Source of the DNA: Lingula anatina
Taxonomy: Eukaryota; Animalia; Brachiopoda
DNA length: 64,000 nt
Assembly: GCA_051362555.1 (NCBI GenBank)
Contig: CM120643.1
Location: 29,516,848-29,580,847, forward strand
Reading direction: 5' to 3'
The translations under genes were made by a program, and so were the position numbers. Shown here piece by piece: positions 63,601-64,000 of the stretch. The notes under the pieces are model-generated. The model ran no database searches and was not told the origin of the DNA. It saw only the letters and a list, made by a program, of their open reading frames with translations. The first letter of the stretch is position 1. Each line of letters opens with the position of its first letter.

Positions 63601-64000
63601 TCGGACACGTAGTGAAGGTTAGGAACTACTCGGCATTCTTCAATAGGCACGATGCCGGATTCAACAATTTTCTCGCACGGCTCACAGCAGGTTTTGTCCT
63701 CGGCCTTGTTCACAAGCATCGGGCAGTATTTTTCATTTTCTCTACAGTCGTAGACTTTGATATGGACTTCAAATTTCGTGACAACTTTTCCACCGCTACA
63801 ACCGCTAAAAAAATCCACCAAACATGCCACAGCTCCAGTAATCAGTAATTTCCTCGATCTTCTTAAAGTCAAAACAGGTTGTTCTACACACGTACTGACG
63901 GACAACTTGGCTGACTTTTGTGCATTGGGCGCAGCATTCCGTAGTGATCTTTTTATCCACCACAGTGTCTTTGACCTCACAGAGTTCACCAGACACGGCC
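56975..64000 (-). CDS. Large type I membrane protein, 3' part: Cys-rich and coiled-coil region, 2 Ig domains, 5 ephrin-receptor-like (GCC2/GCC3) Cys repeats, TM, acidic PxPDY tail
   Basis: Exons >63800-62009, 61699-60899, 60598-60425, 60106-59939, 59527-59366, 59106-58939, 58573-58412, 57943-57854, 57474-56975, all joined in phase 1. Ig motifs LTCDVTGTPTPVITWKKNG..DSYECVGTN and FTCNASGSPQPGYEW..GFYFCRAYN; repeats C.PGT(Y/F)S..G..PC..C.KG.YQ; TM WELLLISLISAVVISVTMLLIMCI. Frame discontinuity near 63805. Confidence 0.85.

Overview
AT-rich, intron-containing animal genomic DNA, probably a marine invertebrate such as a mollusc (inferred from composition and repeat types, not proven). The main content is a tandem cluster of four + strand paralogs of an unusual 11-exon gene of about 770 aa. 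It fuses an acyl-CoA-dehydrogenase (ACAD)-fold flavoprotein domain to a C-terminal cytochrome-b5-reductase/FNR-type FAD/NAD(P)H oxidoreductase domain. Copy A is cut by the window edge; copies B, C and D are complete and in frame. The ACAD domain appears to lack the catalytic Glu at both canonical positions and has no mitochondrial presequence, which suggests a self-sufficient flavin monooxygenase or reductase. The window also holds a - strand membrane dipeptidase (M19) inside the cluster and the 3' part of a large - strand single-pass receptor (Cys-rich region, 2 Ig domains, 5 ephrin-receptor-like Cys repeats, TM, PxPDY-repeat tail) with an apparent 1-bp frameshift. Many non-autonomous transposons are present, including a Tc1/mariner derivative carrying a BEN-domain fragment. 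Exon coordinates and alignments were derived by eye from GT-AG sites, frame continuity and paralog comparison.
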